From contig CM114271.1 of the NCBI GenBank assembly GCA_050084515.1, positions 39,866,001 to 39,930,000 of the forward strand: 64,000 nucleotides of DNA, given 5' to 3'. Both the position numbers and the translations under genes were made by a program. Positions 37,001 to 49,453 of the stretch are shown here, piece after piece; the stretch's first letter is position 1; every line of letters starts with the position of its first letter. Source of the DNA: Blasia pusilla. Lineage: Eukaryota. The notes beneath the pieces are model-generated. The model was not told where the DNA came from. It did no database searches and was given only the letters and a program-made list of their open reading frames with translations.

Positions 37001-40000
37001 CCGATGAGTAAAATTTCCTTGAGTATGTTTCTTTCTAAAAAATAGGTTCGCTATCTATACTATTATGGGAGAGTGCCTTGTCGCTGCCCAAACACTCGAG
37101 CATCTGACACGTGACATTTTGGCCCAAGAAAAATGCACCATTTCCAAACGGTCTGATATGTGAGTTCTGCGATTCTAACCGTTCGATGGGATTTTTGGTA
37201 GCCGTTGGATGGGGATCCTTAGGGTTTTGGTACTTCGGCCGTGAAAAAGGTTTTTTTTTTTAATCATTCAAATTTTCTGTCCTTGAAGAGAGTTAGATCC
37301 GCTCCTTGAGGGAGATCCGTCGATTTAATGGCCCTCTTGCTATTCAAAGAGGCGTCATGGCTTACAAGACCTTACATAGTAGAAGTATTTATGTTTTACA
37401 AAAAAATTTGAAACCTCCAAACTCACTGTGCGCACTTCAGCCTCTGCTCAAGTAACATTAGGTCTCATTTGAAAGCTCAGGTCACATCGGATCTTTACTC
37501 ATTCAATGAAATGTTACAAGCAATTAAGGCTTAAGCTATAGTTGAGCTTATGAGATTTATTCACGTAGATTTTATTTACACATGCAATAGCTATTGTTGA
37601 GCTTATAAGCTTTATTGATGCATATTTCATTTACACATGCAACAAAATGATACCAGCCAAGCTTAAGTTATTGCTGAGCTTTTGAGCTTTAACTCAGTGT
37701 GTGTCTTTGAGCTCTACTGTGGGCCCTTCGAGATCTTCTCCTAATGTTGCCGTTGATGTGTTCCTGCATTTCAGATACTTGGCAGAGTGATTGGGAGCTC
37801 CTACTTCCGAGTCGGCTCTTTTAGTAGTTCCAACTCCCGATTCGGCTCATTCGGCAGCTCCCATTGCTCTTTCGGTTCCTTTTGCCACCCCCATTGCTGG
37901 TTCATCTCCTTTAGCAACTTCTCCCACACAGGTGCAAAATAGATCGAAGGTACAAAAACAACGAGGATGGCAACAAGAATAACAACAAAGAAGCCACCCA
38001 AGGAAAGGGAAAGAGTGTAACCTAGATGATCTCATCGAAAAAGCTGGAGTAAAGTAAGCTAATTAGGAGCCATTGGAGAGTTCAAAATGGTATCCCGGAT
38101 CTCAAGAGAAGTTGCGCTTTGGTATTAGTCCTCCTTGGGGGGGAAGACTCACTAGGAATCGGATGGGTTCATAAGGGCGTCGGGAAGAACCTTCAGCAAG
38201 GTCTCAGCAGTGACTTCACGGCTGTACAAATGTCAAAAAACCTCAACGTAAACCCGCAACACATCCCAAGCTTCTTGCACATGGCCATGAACGCTACACC
38301 CTTTCATCTCGATAATCAGCGAGGTAGAAGCATGCTATCCGCGGCTTAACGCAAAGCATTGAGATAGCAAAAAATTGGCAACTCGACCAACATCAGTTGC
38401 TTAATTAGAAATGCCGATAAATGAAACACATGACCGATAAGAAACATGATTAAACTCCCCGCATAGGAAGCATTCAATGAATTAGGGCTAAAGTTCTAAT
38501 CGACTGTATAGGAAGCGGAAAGAAAAGGGCAAGGGATAAGCCGGACGCTCTAATCTCCATGAAATACAAACAGGGAGAGGTAATGAGCAGCAAAAAAATA
38601 GGGTGCGAATGGGCGGAACGTTGCACAAGCTTGGCACATGAAGATCTAAATGCAAATATAAAAATCCACCTTACTCTAAGTGCAAAGGAGAGGTCAAAAG
38701 GGACAAGCAATCATTCCACTGGATGAGAGAGTCCGAGAAGAGTCGAGGGAGGAGCAAAGAGGATAATCTAATCATTCCTAGGATGAGATTCCTTGAGCAC
38801 TCAAGTGGAGTAAACTCAGACTCAATGTGGTTGTAGTAGCATTGAGTGGAAAAATCTCCATCGGGTACAACTTGTCACGATTGTTAGGATAGATCGAAAA
38901 GATCTAGTAGAACGCCTTCGAAAATACTGGAGGACAGCCTCAAGAGGTCAAGGATGACGTGTTGAGGCTGCAGGTAACCTCCAAGAGCAGGTTTTCCCTT
39001 CGTTCCCGCTGATTTGGAGCCATATTTAGGAACTTACTATTTCGGGTAAGTGGGGGACCGTGTTCCCCGCTTCATGGCTCATGGGAGTGCTCACCGGAGC
39101 AAGAGACGTGCGAGTTTGTTGTTTTGCTTTGCTGATTTTTTGTACGGGACAGTGGCACGCGGAAGCGTTGGCCAATTTTTGATAGGAATTGAGTATAGGG
39201 ACGGATTGCTCCATTCCGGTGCTCTCGAGAGCATCATGTAGCTTGCTGATTTGTGTTCTTACAGCTTTTACATTTTCGTTGGGAGAAATCAGCTTAGAAG
39301 CGCTGCCAAATTTTGTGTAGGAGAAAGAGACATTGGGTTTTACGACAATACCTGTCAATTTTTACTAGAATAATTGATTCAAAATTTTTTTCAACGCCTT
39401 CGTAGATCGTGAAGCTGTGCACGTTGTGCAAGAGAGAGTGTGCGATTTGGAGTTGCGAGAAAAATGTTATGGTCAATCTTGCAAAACTTCCACTGCTAGG
39501 AAATTTTTAGGGTTAAAATGTTCAAACCCTAAACTAGCCGACGCGGCGGCCGTTGCCGTCATAGTCACCGTCAACAGTCCGCCCTTGATGGTCAACCATC
39601 ACCGTCAATGGTCCATCGTCACCGTCAACGGTCAAAGTACGACTTGATGACTGGAGGAGTTGTCTTCACGACCGAGTTGGGATCGAGATTTGTAATTTCC
39701 GAGGAGCGACATCGACATTATTTTCAAGTTACCTATTTCGGTCTCTTACCCTGCACGTGTGGGGGATTTTTGGGTATTGGGAAGTTATTTGGGATATTGG
39801 GTTCTGTGTTGATGCTGAGAGCATCGACGATGTATGGGTTTAGGGGTCATAAACTTGTGTGGGATGTCCAGAGTTGAGGATGGTTTGTCGATGGGACGAT
39901 TGATCAGTTGATTTGTTGGACCGCGCCGCTTGTTACCATACAACACAAGTCCCAGTGAGAGATTGTAGATTGAGTGCCACATGTTTAGTTTAAGTGATTG

Positions 40001-40052
40001 AGGGATAACTTACGAGATTGAGAGTGATCGTGTGAGAGGGGCACGAACCATC

Positions 40053-42450
40053 ATGGCCTCCTTTCGGGATTTTGAAAGGCGAGGGAGTGGACCTGAGAGT
40101 AGCTCTGGAGGGTTTACCCCCAGTGGTGAGAGGTTTCAAGGGTCTCTACGTGAGAGACCACCTCGATCCCCTTCTGTGTCGTCTTCACACGAGGAGGAGC
40201 GTGTAGATCAGTGTGTTGGTGATCCACCGTACGTATTGAGTGGTCCTACCAGTTGGGCGTACAAGATGGACGACATGGTAGGTTTTCGGATGCTCTAGGC
40301 AAGATAGAGCTTCACGACTTCATTGCAGAGTTTAGGAGTTGATGTGACTCACTATGGGCTAGGAACTTTAGAGAGTTCAACCCGTTTACAACATGGAACG
40401 GTATATTCCAGCATTTAGAGGGGGCGCCCATGGACAATTACCATGAGTTCTCCCATAGATATGCCCAAGAGATTGAGGCATGGCGACTCTACTATAACCC
40501 ACACTATGTGTCATGGACGAAGCCGTTCCCAGATGAGGAGAAGGAGTCAAGACATGCTACTTCCTCTTCCATCAGTGATGTTTTAGGAGGGATAACTCGC
40601 ACTGGAGCAGTTGCACGGTCCAGTCGAGTTCATCCCAAGTTCCACCCCGTGGTTGAGTTCCTCACTAAGTTGAGGGTGAGCTACCAAGGGGTTCATAGGG
40701 AGAAGTTGCCGAGCATCCACGACTTCTAGAGGCGCCCGGCTCTCGAAGAGTTTGCGTGAGGCTTATACTCGCTTGCGCCGGTTGATCAACGTCACTCAGT
40801 GGGTGACAGAGGCTGATGCTATCCAGTCAAGGTAGGCGATGTTGGATCGGACTCAAGGGATACGGGTGCAAGAGGGAGTACTTCTTATGAATACCTCATC
40901 TACGTTGAGAGATTTTTTCAGGACCTCCGAGAACATTGAGCACAACATGGCAGAGGAGAGCGTAGCCACCATGGGTCCTGGGCGAGAGCAGTCACGATTG
41001 CCTTCACCACCAGTGCAGCACCGTGGAGCCCATCATCAGCGGGATTGCACTCGTCATGATCATGGACGTGTGCCTCAGCATGGAGGAGGAGATGGTGCTG
41101 CACCAGGAGATTATCTGTGTGACTATTGTTACAGGTATGGTCACACACGCGCCAGATGTTTCAGTTTACACCCTGAGTTATGTTTGGACGGAGGGCGAGA
41201 GAGGGCACCAGAGCAAGTAGCAAGTCCGGGTGGTCCTGCACCAGCTGGTCCCGTTGGGGAACGGCTGGAGTTTCCTGACAGGGTGGTGGATTTGCCCATG
41301 GAGGAGGTAGAGTCCCACCACGTAGACGCGTCAAGGGAGACATTGAGCGTGATGTTGGGATCGGTGCTCATATACAGCGGCTACAGAAGCAGATCGCCGT
41401 TATGGCATTGAGGTTACTCAATGCCGGATCCGTGGCATTGACATCATATGGAGCAGCCTGAGATATGGAGGATCATGGTTGGATGTGCGGGGTTGCCCAG
41501 ATGGAGGCCTCCGTAGTTGTAACGAGTGGAGCAGCCACAGAGTTGGATTCACAGCGAGGGGAAGCCAAGAAACAGAAGAGGCTTTCTGAGTCTTTCACGT
41601 TGTCCGAGACGATGAGGACCCCATCCATGGGTCTTGTTCAGAGTTTTGGGAGAGTTGGTGATGTTATTAGTGTGCATGCACGGAGGGCAATGGGAGAAAC
41701 AAGTGTGACGACTCCTATTGCTGATGCTCAAGAGGAGCATGTGTCGAGTACGATGTTGGGGGTAGCCATGATGGTGTACCGTGCTTCACTTTTTTATGAT
41801 TCAGATGTTATGACATTAGGAGGTACCCACGCCGAGGTGTTCCGGTTGGCTGCTACGCTATGTGAGCGTGGCGTTGGAATTCCTGCATCACGTTCAGAGA
41901 TGATTGCAGACGAGGTGATGGACCTGCCCTTAGAGTGGATGCTCAGGCCGTCCACATCAGATTCATGGCAGGCAATGGCTGCTTGGATGGCGGAGATGCC
42001 CGCTAGACCCGCGATTGAGCTTGCCATGGCTTCTCCTAGTGTTTTGTTGTTGGATAACCGGGGAGAGGTCTTCCAATTGGTGAGTCCCGGAGGTAGAGCT
42101 TTTAGTCGCAGTGCGTCTTGTTGGATTCAGGAGAGCAACCTCTGATGTTGGGGAAAGTGTCATTCAGAGGAATGGGTTTGACGAGAGCCGATGTGGAGCG
42201 TTGTCCATTCTTGGTTGGTGGAGCAGTGATATATACGATGGGGTTTCCCCTGGCTTACTAGGAGGATTTTGCGTCCTACAAACCAGGATGGAAGTCAGGT
42301 GATGGGCGCCTTAGCTCATTACCTGTTCGATTCACACGTGCTGTGATCAAGTGACGGCCAAGAGAGATGGCGACCTTAGGAGCTTTAAGCAGTGCCATCA
42401 CTTGGCCTAGTGATTTGATTGAGGGAAATGTCCATGCACAGGATACTCCC
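40053..42450 (+). pseudogene. Gag and aspartic protease (copy 2)
   Basis: ATG at 40053; homologous to 1707-4383; knuckle CDYCYRYGHTRARC; VLLDSGEQP. Confidence 0.8.
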
Positions 42451-42679
42451 GTTCCTGACATTTCTATGGAGAGAAGTGGCATAGTAGCCACATCAATCCG
42501 TGGAGGAGAGGTGATGCTTTGGGGCTCGATTGAGGAGGTTCGACGCTTAGCCATTGAGCATGTGCAGACCGCGTGGAGCAAGACATTTGCACTAGAGTGT
42601 GACAGGTCAAAGAAACCCCATGTAGGTAGGAGTACTGCTATGACCCCTTGACACCACCCCGATTGTGGGGTGCATCCTA

Positions 42680-43560
42680 GAGAAGGGTATTCGGGTGTTG
42701 GATCTCTTTAGAGGGATCAACATTGGGTTAGCTGTTGTTTTGCATGCTGGAGTGCAGTAGTACTTGTATGTGGAGATGGATGATGTTGTGAGGCGCACTT
42801 CAATTCACCATGTGGCCTTCTTTTTCCCGCCTTGTTGTCTACGTCCGCCATTCAGGGTTATCAGAGTTCCCTACCGAGGGACATTTTATTGTTGAGTGCT
42901 CGACGAGATAGCGGATTAGCTGACTCTCGATCAAGGTTGTTTAGGGAGATGATGCGGATCTTGCGACACTTGCTGGAGCCTCAGTCTCGTCCTCCAGCAT
43001 ACATTCTGGAGAATGTACCGATTTTGGGTGATTTGAGCTCCCGTGTGGTGACAAGTGTACATCATGTGCGCGCATGGATCGGAAATTTTGTTGGATGCGG
43101 CGAGTGTGGGTTCACGACCACATCGCCCGCATCTTTGGTGCACCAACTTGGTACCACACGAGGTGTTTCGGAGGGCATATGCGAGAGTGGAGCGCCCCTC
43201 CGATTTGTTGGTGGATTCTAGATTGGATCCGGGCCGTCAATCATAGGCAGTGAGGCTAGATGATCAACCGCCATTGACTATGGTCAACAGGATTGGCATG
43301 CCACAGGCAGCCTTTCTCACATTGTTAACCCGTTCCCACTTCCTATGCATTCAAGGAGGCCGGATCTAGCTTGGTTTGGGATGACGAGGTACAGAGGTTG
43401 GTGGAGCCCAATGCCGATGAGCGAGAGCGAGCGATGGGATCCCTCACAGGAGTGACGGAAGTACCATCCCTATCAGAGGCATCACGACGTCATGTCTTGG
43501 GTCAGGCGATGGACCTGAATTGCTTAACATGGATTTTCAACTTAGGAGTAGCTGAGCAGC
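42680..43560 (+). pseudogene. DNMT3-like C5 methyltransferase domain (copy 2), catalytic motif IV deleted
   Basis: IRVLDLFRG, YVEMD, YILENV (43009), RPHRPHLWCTNL, ERERAMGS, RRHVLGQAMD. About 72 bp containing GWPCQ is missing at ~42894. Confidence 0.88.
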
Positions 43561-43865
43561 GTCTTTTGAGGATGCGAAAGATCACAGCAATTGCGTTGGT
43601 GAGCCCCATGCCTACCAAGATGGTTGAGGCACTGGCCGGGGGCAAGATGTAAGGAGATACCAAGACCCGACATACCAAGGGTGATTGGGAGAGATACCCT
43701 TGGACTTCTTGGGATGTTTTGCACGTACGCCAGGAGATGGTAGCTACATCATCAAGCATGGTTCTAGGTACTCCACATGGAGATCCGATTTTGCAGGTGG
43801 TTGTAGGGGAGCAGTCAAATTTTGTTGTCCGAGACAGGGTTGCATCATAGAAACCACCGACACCC

Positions 43866-46857
43866 ATGCCGGAGAGTCCTACCGTAGTCACGATGGAGAC
43901 TTGGGAGCCAGATATGAGCCCTAAGTTAACAAGAGAAGAGCGTTGCCGGATATACCAGTTCCTCAGGAGTTATAGGAGTTGTTTTGCATTTAGTATGCAT
44001 TATTTGGGTACGCTGAAGGGTCCAGGGATCTGCGTTGAGTTGTCGAGTGACACGCCGATCTTCCGACGATCCTACAGGTACAGTGATATGGAAAGGGCTC
44101 TGATTCAGAATAGGAGCAAAGACTTGGTTGGAACAAGACTAGTGGAGATGTTGCATGGAGAGTATGCATCTGCTATTTTCATGCTCGCCAAGAACGTGCA
44201 TGGCAACTGGACGGATAGGCGGATGTGTGGAGATTACCGACCTATCAATCGGCAGACGAAGTCCGATAGGTATCCCATGCCCACTCTTGAGGAGATCTTT
44301 GATGCTATTGGGCATGCAAAGGTCTTCAGTTTGTTAGATCTTCAAGCCGGATATTATCAATTATCTATCAAACTGGAGGACAGGCAGAATGGTGCATTGA
44401 TCCTCACGGGAAGGATTGCTTGTACCAATGGGGATTCTTAACATTTGGGTTAAAGAACGCCCTGGCTGAGTTTGAGAGGGTCATGATAGGATCTTGGTAG
44501 GTCTGGATTTTGCTAGGTGTTATATTGATGACATTGTAGTCTTTGGCGCCACGGTTGAGGAGCATGAGCGACATCTAGAGGAGGTGTTTCAACTATTGCA
44601 GTTACATGGGCTGAAGCTACATCCAAGCAAGTGCAAGTTCTTCTATAACCAGATTGAGTACCTGGGTCATACGATATACCCACGGAGCCTTGGTGTGTAG
44701 CAAACAAAGGTAGAGGCTATTTCACGCATTCTAGATGTGAGTCGAGTTCGTGCATTCATGGGATTGGCGAACTTCTATCGACGGTGCATCAAGAGTTTCA
44801 GCTCGATTGCGAAGTTGATAACCTTGCTAACCAAAGTGGATTAGGAGTGGCATTTGGGGGATAAGTAGGAGAGAGCATTTCAGATGCTCAAGGACAGATT
44901 GACGTCCGCGCCCATATTGAGGAGACCAATCAGGGGGCGTCCTTTCCAGTTGCATACCGATTGGAGCATGTTGGGGCTTGGAGCCGTGCTCATCCAGCAT
45001 GACGATGATGGTAGAGAGTTTGTGGTGGCTTACGCTAGTCGCTCGAACAACGCTAAAGAGGCGAATTATAGCTCGTATGAGGGTGAGTGCTTGGTTGCAG
45101 TGTAAGTTGTCGCACATTTCAGATGCTATCTATTCGGAAATTCCTTTACCATCATTACTGATCATCATCCACTGAAGTGGTTGATGGGGTGTGACAAGCT
45201 TAGAGGGAAGCTTGCGACGTGGGCTCTTTTGTTGCAGGAGTATGACTTCCAAGTCGGGCATAGATCTGGGACGCTCAACCAAGATGCAGATGGTTTGAGA
45301 CGTAACCCATGCCCAAGTCTGCGAGATGCGACTAGAGCTCGTTGGCATGGTGAGAGTGATGAGGAGTTGGTGTCAGGATGGCATGCGTCAGCCTATTTGG
45401 GCTTGTTGGCTATAGAGAGCCAGATTGTTGAGACTTCCATGGCGAGGTCAGATGGAGAGTCCTTAGATCCAGAGGCCGTTGAGGAGAGCACAATGGGTGC
45501 TAGAGAGCAAGATCGGATCTTACAGCGAGCCAGACGGTTCTGGTGGGAGGGGACACGTGTGTTGCAAGTGTGGGAGGATCCTCATCCATTGCAGAGAGCA
45601 CGTTTGGTACGTCATGCCCACGAGGAGTAGGGTCATGTTGGAGTGAAGCAGACGCACAACTTGCTCCAGATTTAGTATTGGTGGCGAGGCATGCAGATTG
45701 ACGTTTAGCAGTTTGTTGGAAGATGCATGGTGTGTGATCGAGTCCGAGCATCGTTCAATGCTCCGACTTCACAGTTGCATTGACTTCCGATCATGGGTTT
45801 AGGTTAAAGATGGAGTTTGGATTTTGCAGGACCTTTGCCGTTGAGGGAGCGCCATAGTCGCTATGTGTTGGTGATGGTCGAGCACTTCTCGAAGTGGATA
45901 GAGTTGGTTGCATTGCCTGAAAAATCGAGTGAGTCAGTAGCGTATGCCTTCCCAAATCGAGTGTAGAGTCATTACTGTGCACCAACTGAGGTGTTGACAG
46001 ACCAGGGTACAGAGATTCGCGAGGAGTTTCAGGCCTTGTGTGATCATGCACTTATCGACCACCGCACCACTTTGCGAGATCATCCTGAGGCGGATGGACT
46101 AGCGGAGAGGGTTGTGCATACGGAAAATAGAGGATTACATAAGTATGGCTTGCAGAGAGGTCATCTAGGAGATTGGGACCTCGAGTTGCCGTTGTTGGTG
46201 ATGGGATACAAATTCAGCAGGCAGTCATCCTTATCGTCTTTCTCATCGTACTTGCTTTTGTATGGCCGAGAGCCACATTTACATGCGGCCATTCATCGAG
46301 ATGTTGGTGAGGTGTTGAACCTTGATGACCCTCATATATGGATGCGAGCATGCTCTTAGAGGGGTGAGTTTTTTCATAGAGTGATGCCCACGGCGTTTGA
46401 GAACTTGGCGATTGCGCAACATCGGGATACATTAAGGTATGCTACTATTGGGGGAGGTGGTTATCGACCTACTATCCAAAGGTTTCATCAAGGAGACTAT
46501 GTCTACTTCCAGCAGACAGCATCCACGACCTTGGATGTGACTATAGAGCGCACCATCTTGAGAGTGTGAGAGATTTTGCCATCCATTGTTCTCTTATTGG
46601 AGGGACGTGATGGTATGGTTTGGAAGGACCAGGTGCGTAATTATGCACCATGCCATCTTCCAAACATTGAGGATATAGTTGATCTGAGCTTAGCAGTAGT
46701 TCCTGCATGCTTGAGATGTATGTTGTGTGGTTCCGTCCGTGGTGCAGTCACTATGCTAGTCTGTGACGGGTGTTCGAGAGGATGGCATATGGCATGTTTG
46801 ACGCCACCTCTCACTAGGGTTTTTGAGGGATGATGGATGTGTCCCAGATGTACATAG
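43866..46857 (+). pseudogene. RT, RNase H, integrase and PHD finger (copy 2)
   Basis: RMCGDYRPIN, CYIDD (~44518), LHTDWS, VLTDQGTE, DGLAER; PHD CMLC...CDGC..GWH..C...W.CP.C at 46717-46857. Confidence 0.93.
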
Positions 46858-46968
46858 TGTAGGTAGTTCTATATTCTGACTTGTATCTGTGACATCGATG
46901 ACAAGAAGGCGACTAAGGATAGATCGCTATCTGAAGTTAGAGGGACCTAATCACCAGCTAGGCGGGCG

Positions 46969-47415
46969 ATTGGAGATATTTTGGTACTTCTTGTCTCGTT
47001 GTTTGGATTCCATCAATTAGCATGGGATCGTGCCTGTTTCTGTGTGTGTTCGGTAACAACGATGTATGTTGTGTAGAGATGTGTATGCGCACGACAAGCT
47101 CTCAAGCATTCTCTCTTTGTTGAACCTATTGGCATGAGGTAGCGGAGCTATGGTCCTCCTTGCCTTGTGTGTGTAACCCAAGCCTCTCATAAGGAGAGTG
47201 GGTTTGGTTTGACATGAGAGAGAGTGCACACCAAAGAGAGCTTGGTGTGAGACCTTGTTGTTGTGATGGAGAGATTTGATCAATTTTATTGGAAATATTT
47301 TAGTACTTCTTGTCTCGTTGTGTGGATTCCATGGGTTAGCATGGGATCGCGTATGTTTTTCTGTATGTTTGGTGACAACGATGTATGTTGTCTAGCGATG
47401 TATATGCGCACGACA
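46969..47415 (+). repeat. B1 (46969-47096), partial A (47097-47287) and B2 (47288-47415) terminus of copy 2
   Basis: Two 128-bp B repeats flank a segment homologous to the 3' part of A (about 376-554). Confidence 0.9.
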
Positions 47416-48284
47416 AACTCCTCCGCCTGTACAAGAAGCGAGCTCCATCGAATAGGAGCGTTTAGCGAGCAGCAACATCCAGCGAGAGGAGGAAGAGCTT
47501 CGCGTAGAGAGGAGAGGAGAGCGTCGTGCTGAGAAGGGAGCGGAAAGACAGGGCAGCGTAGCAGCATGGTTGAGCGGAGGGGAGAACGACGGGCCATGCA
47601 CGAGCGTGGCCGAAGCCTAAAGGGAATGTGCGGGGTGGAAGGGAAAGGGTGAGGGGGGAAGGCGGAAACCATGCCTATGCGATCTCAACCTTTTGATGTA
47701 GATCCCAACGGCTTGTTACATCTGACCATTGGATCTAGCCATGAATATAATTGGCAACAACCGCAGTTAGGGGAAGTACTCGGGTAGGAATAAGTTCGAA
47801 GAACCAATTGTGACATTAAAAAATATATATAAATATTTCTCTTTTTTCTTTCTTTTTCTTGTCTTTTTTTTCTTCCCATCCATGTGTTTACCTTTCCCTT
47901 TAACTTACCATTTCTCATTTTCTTTTATTTTTTCAAATTTTCTCAATTTATTTTAAATCTTTACTTCATACTCAAAATTTTCCTCTACTTCTAATTTCCT
48001 TTCCTTTAAAATTTTCCTCTAGGAAAAATTAACACCAACTTTTTCTATCTTTCCCTTCTTTTTTTCCCTACTTATTCCCATCAAATTACAAAGTTCTCTT
48101 TTTGGTTTATTATTTTAATTGAAATTTTTAATTAACAACAACTAATACTCCTTGACGTGGAGAGAAGAAATCTGGGTGCTATAGAAATATATACCAATTT
48201 CGGAAGTGACTCAAAGGGGACAAACTGAAATACATAAGAACATTTTTCCGCATTTCAAGGAGGCAAAGTGACTTGATCTTCCAT

Positions 48285-48665
48285 TGTAACATGACTTATT
48301 ATTCCTTATTCATGTTTCCGCTCTGCCAACTTTCATGATTATATTATAGAATAACAAAAGCTCTTCAAACATTTTTTTATTTCCCTTGGCACCTTACTGA
48401 TTGGAAGGTAAGATTATCATGTAACATGATTTATTATCCCTTATTCATGTTTCCCGATGATGACTTTCATGGTTACATTATAAAATAACAAAAACTCTTC
48501 AAACATTTTTTTATTTCCCTTGGCACCTTACGAGTTGGAAGGTAAGATTATCATGTTTCTGCGGTGATGACTTTCTTGATTACATCATAGACTAACAAAA
48601 GCTCTTCAAACATTTTTTATTTCCCTTGGCACCTTACTAATTGGAAAGTAAGATTATCATGTTTG
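48285..48665. repeat. Tandem repeat, about 3 units of 115-135 bp
   Basis: ctcttcaaacatttttt...atttcccttggcaccttac recurs at ~48361, ~48495 and ~48602. Confidence 0.85.
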
Positions 48666-48911
48666 TCTGGGAAGAAAGAAAATATTTTCTGGAGATATAG
48701 CTCATGAGGTCACATGTTCAGACTTGACTCATTCAAATTTTTATAATGACATATACCAACCTGAGGACTTCTCAAAAGACAGGTGTCAACCTAATGAGGG
48801 ATTTGTAACCATTCTCTTAATAGTATAATGGTATGTCACAAATACCCCACCAAAGTATTAAAAAACTAGCACCTGCGTATCCGTGGAATGAACAGTCTTC
48901 ACTAGTATGAG

Positions 48912-49016
48912 GGGACAGCTTTGCTTCATCTCCACTCAAACTATATTTCTTGATCTAAGGGACAGCTTTGCTTCATCTCCACTCAAACTATATTTCTTGA
49001 TCTAAGGGACAGCTTT
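48912..49016. repeat. Perfect 47-bp tandem duplication (2.2 copies)
   Basis: gggacagctttgcttcatctccactcaaactatatttcttgatctaa at 48912 and 48959, with a partial copy at 49006. Confidence 0.95.
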
Positions 49017-49453
49017 AGATGGTTCCCTTCCCTTGATACTTAGCAGACATACGCATACATAGTACATCTCAAACACTCCCCTTTCTTGACGTAACGCATA
49101 AAACTTAATTACAGTTCCGTTGTCATGTGCTACTAGACATGGGGGCCTTTTAAGATCAGGAGCCAAAGCTTAATCAGATATTGAATGCATAATCAATATT
49201 ATGACACTCACACGGAGGAACTTCAACCCCACTAATTTACTCAATCCCTGACAATTCAGATACTTACATATTGGTGGACAGTTCTCTCCACATAGAGATG
49301 AGTGCCTTGAGAAGAAAGTTAACAGTCCAACTACGTGATCTTACTATTTTTCACTACTTTCCAACTCGAATTACAACAATACACAGTAAAGGGACGTCTC
49401 AGCATTTCCTGTCAACCCAGCTGTCCAATTCTACAACAGTTGCTTGTTGTTCC

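Larger units (their letters stand above)
38873..47415 (+). mobile_element. Ty3/Gypsy-type methyltransferase/PHD retrotransposon copy 2 (more decayed)
   Basis: TGTCACG...CACGACA ends with a perfect 4-bp TSD AACT (38869-38872 and 47416-47419). Same domain order as copy 1. Confidence 0.93.
37054..48905 (+). mobile_element. Probable non-autonomous Helitron interrupted by retrotransposon copy 2
   Basis: 5' end A|TCTATACTATTA at 37054. 3' end has an imperfect hairpin cctgcgtatccgtgg (~48872-48886) then CTAG|T at 48902-48905. Subterminal tandem repeats. Pairing of the two ends is inferred. Confidence 0.55.
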
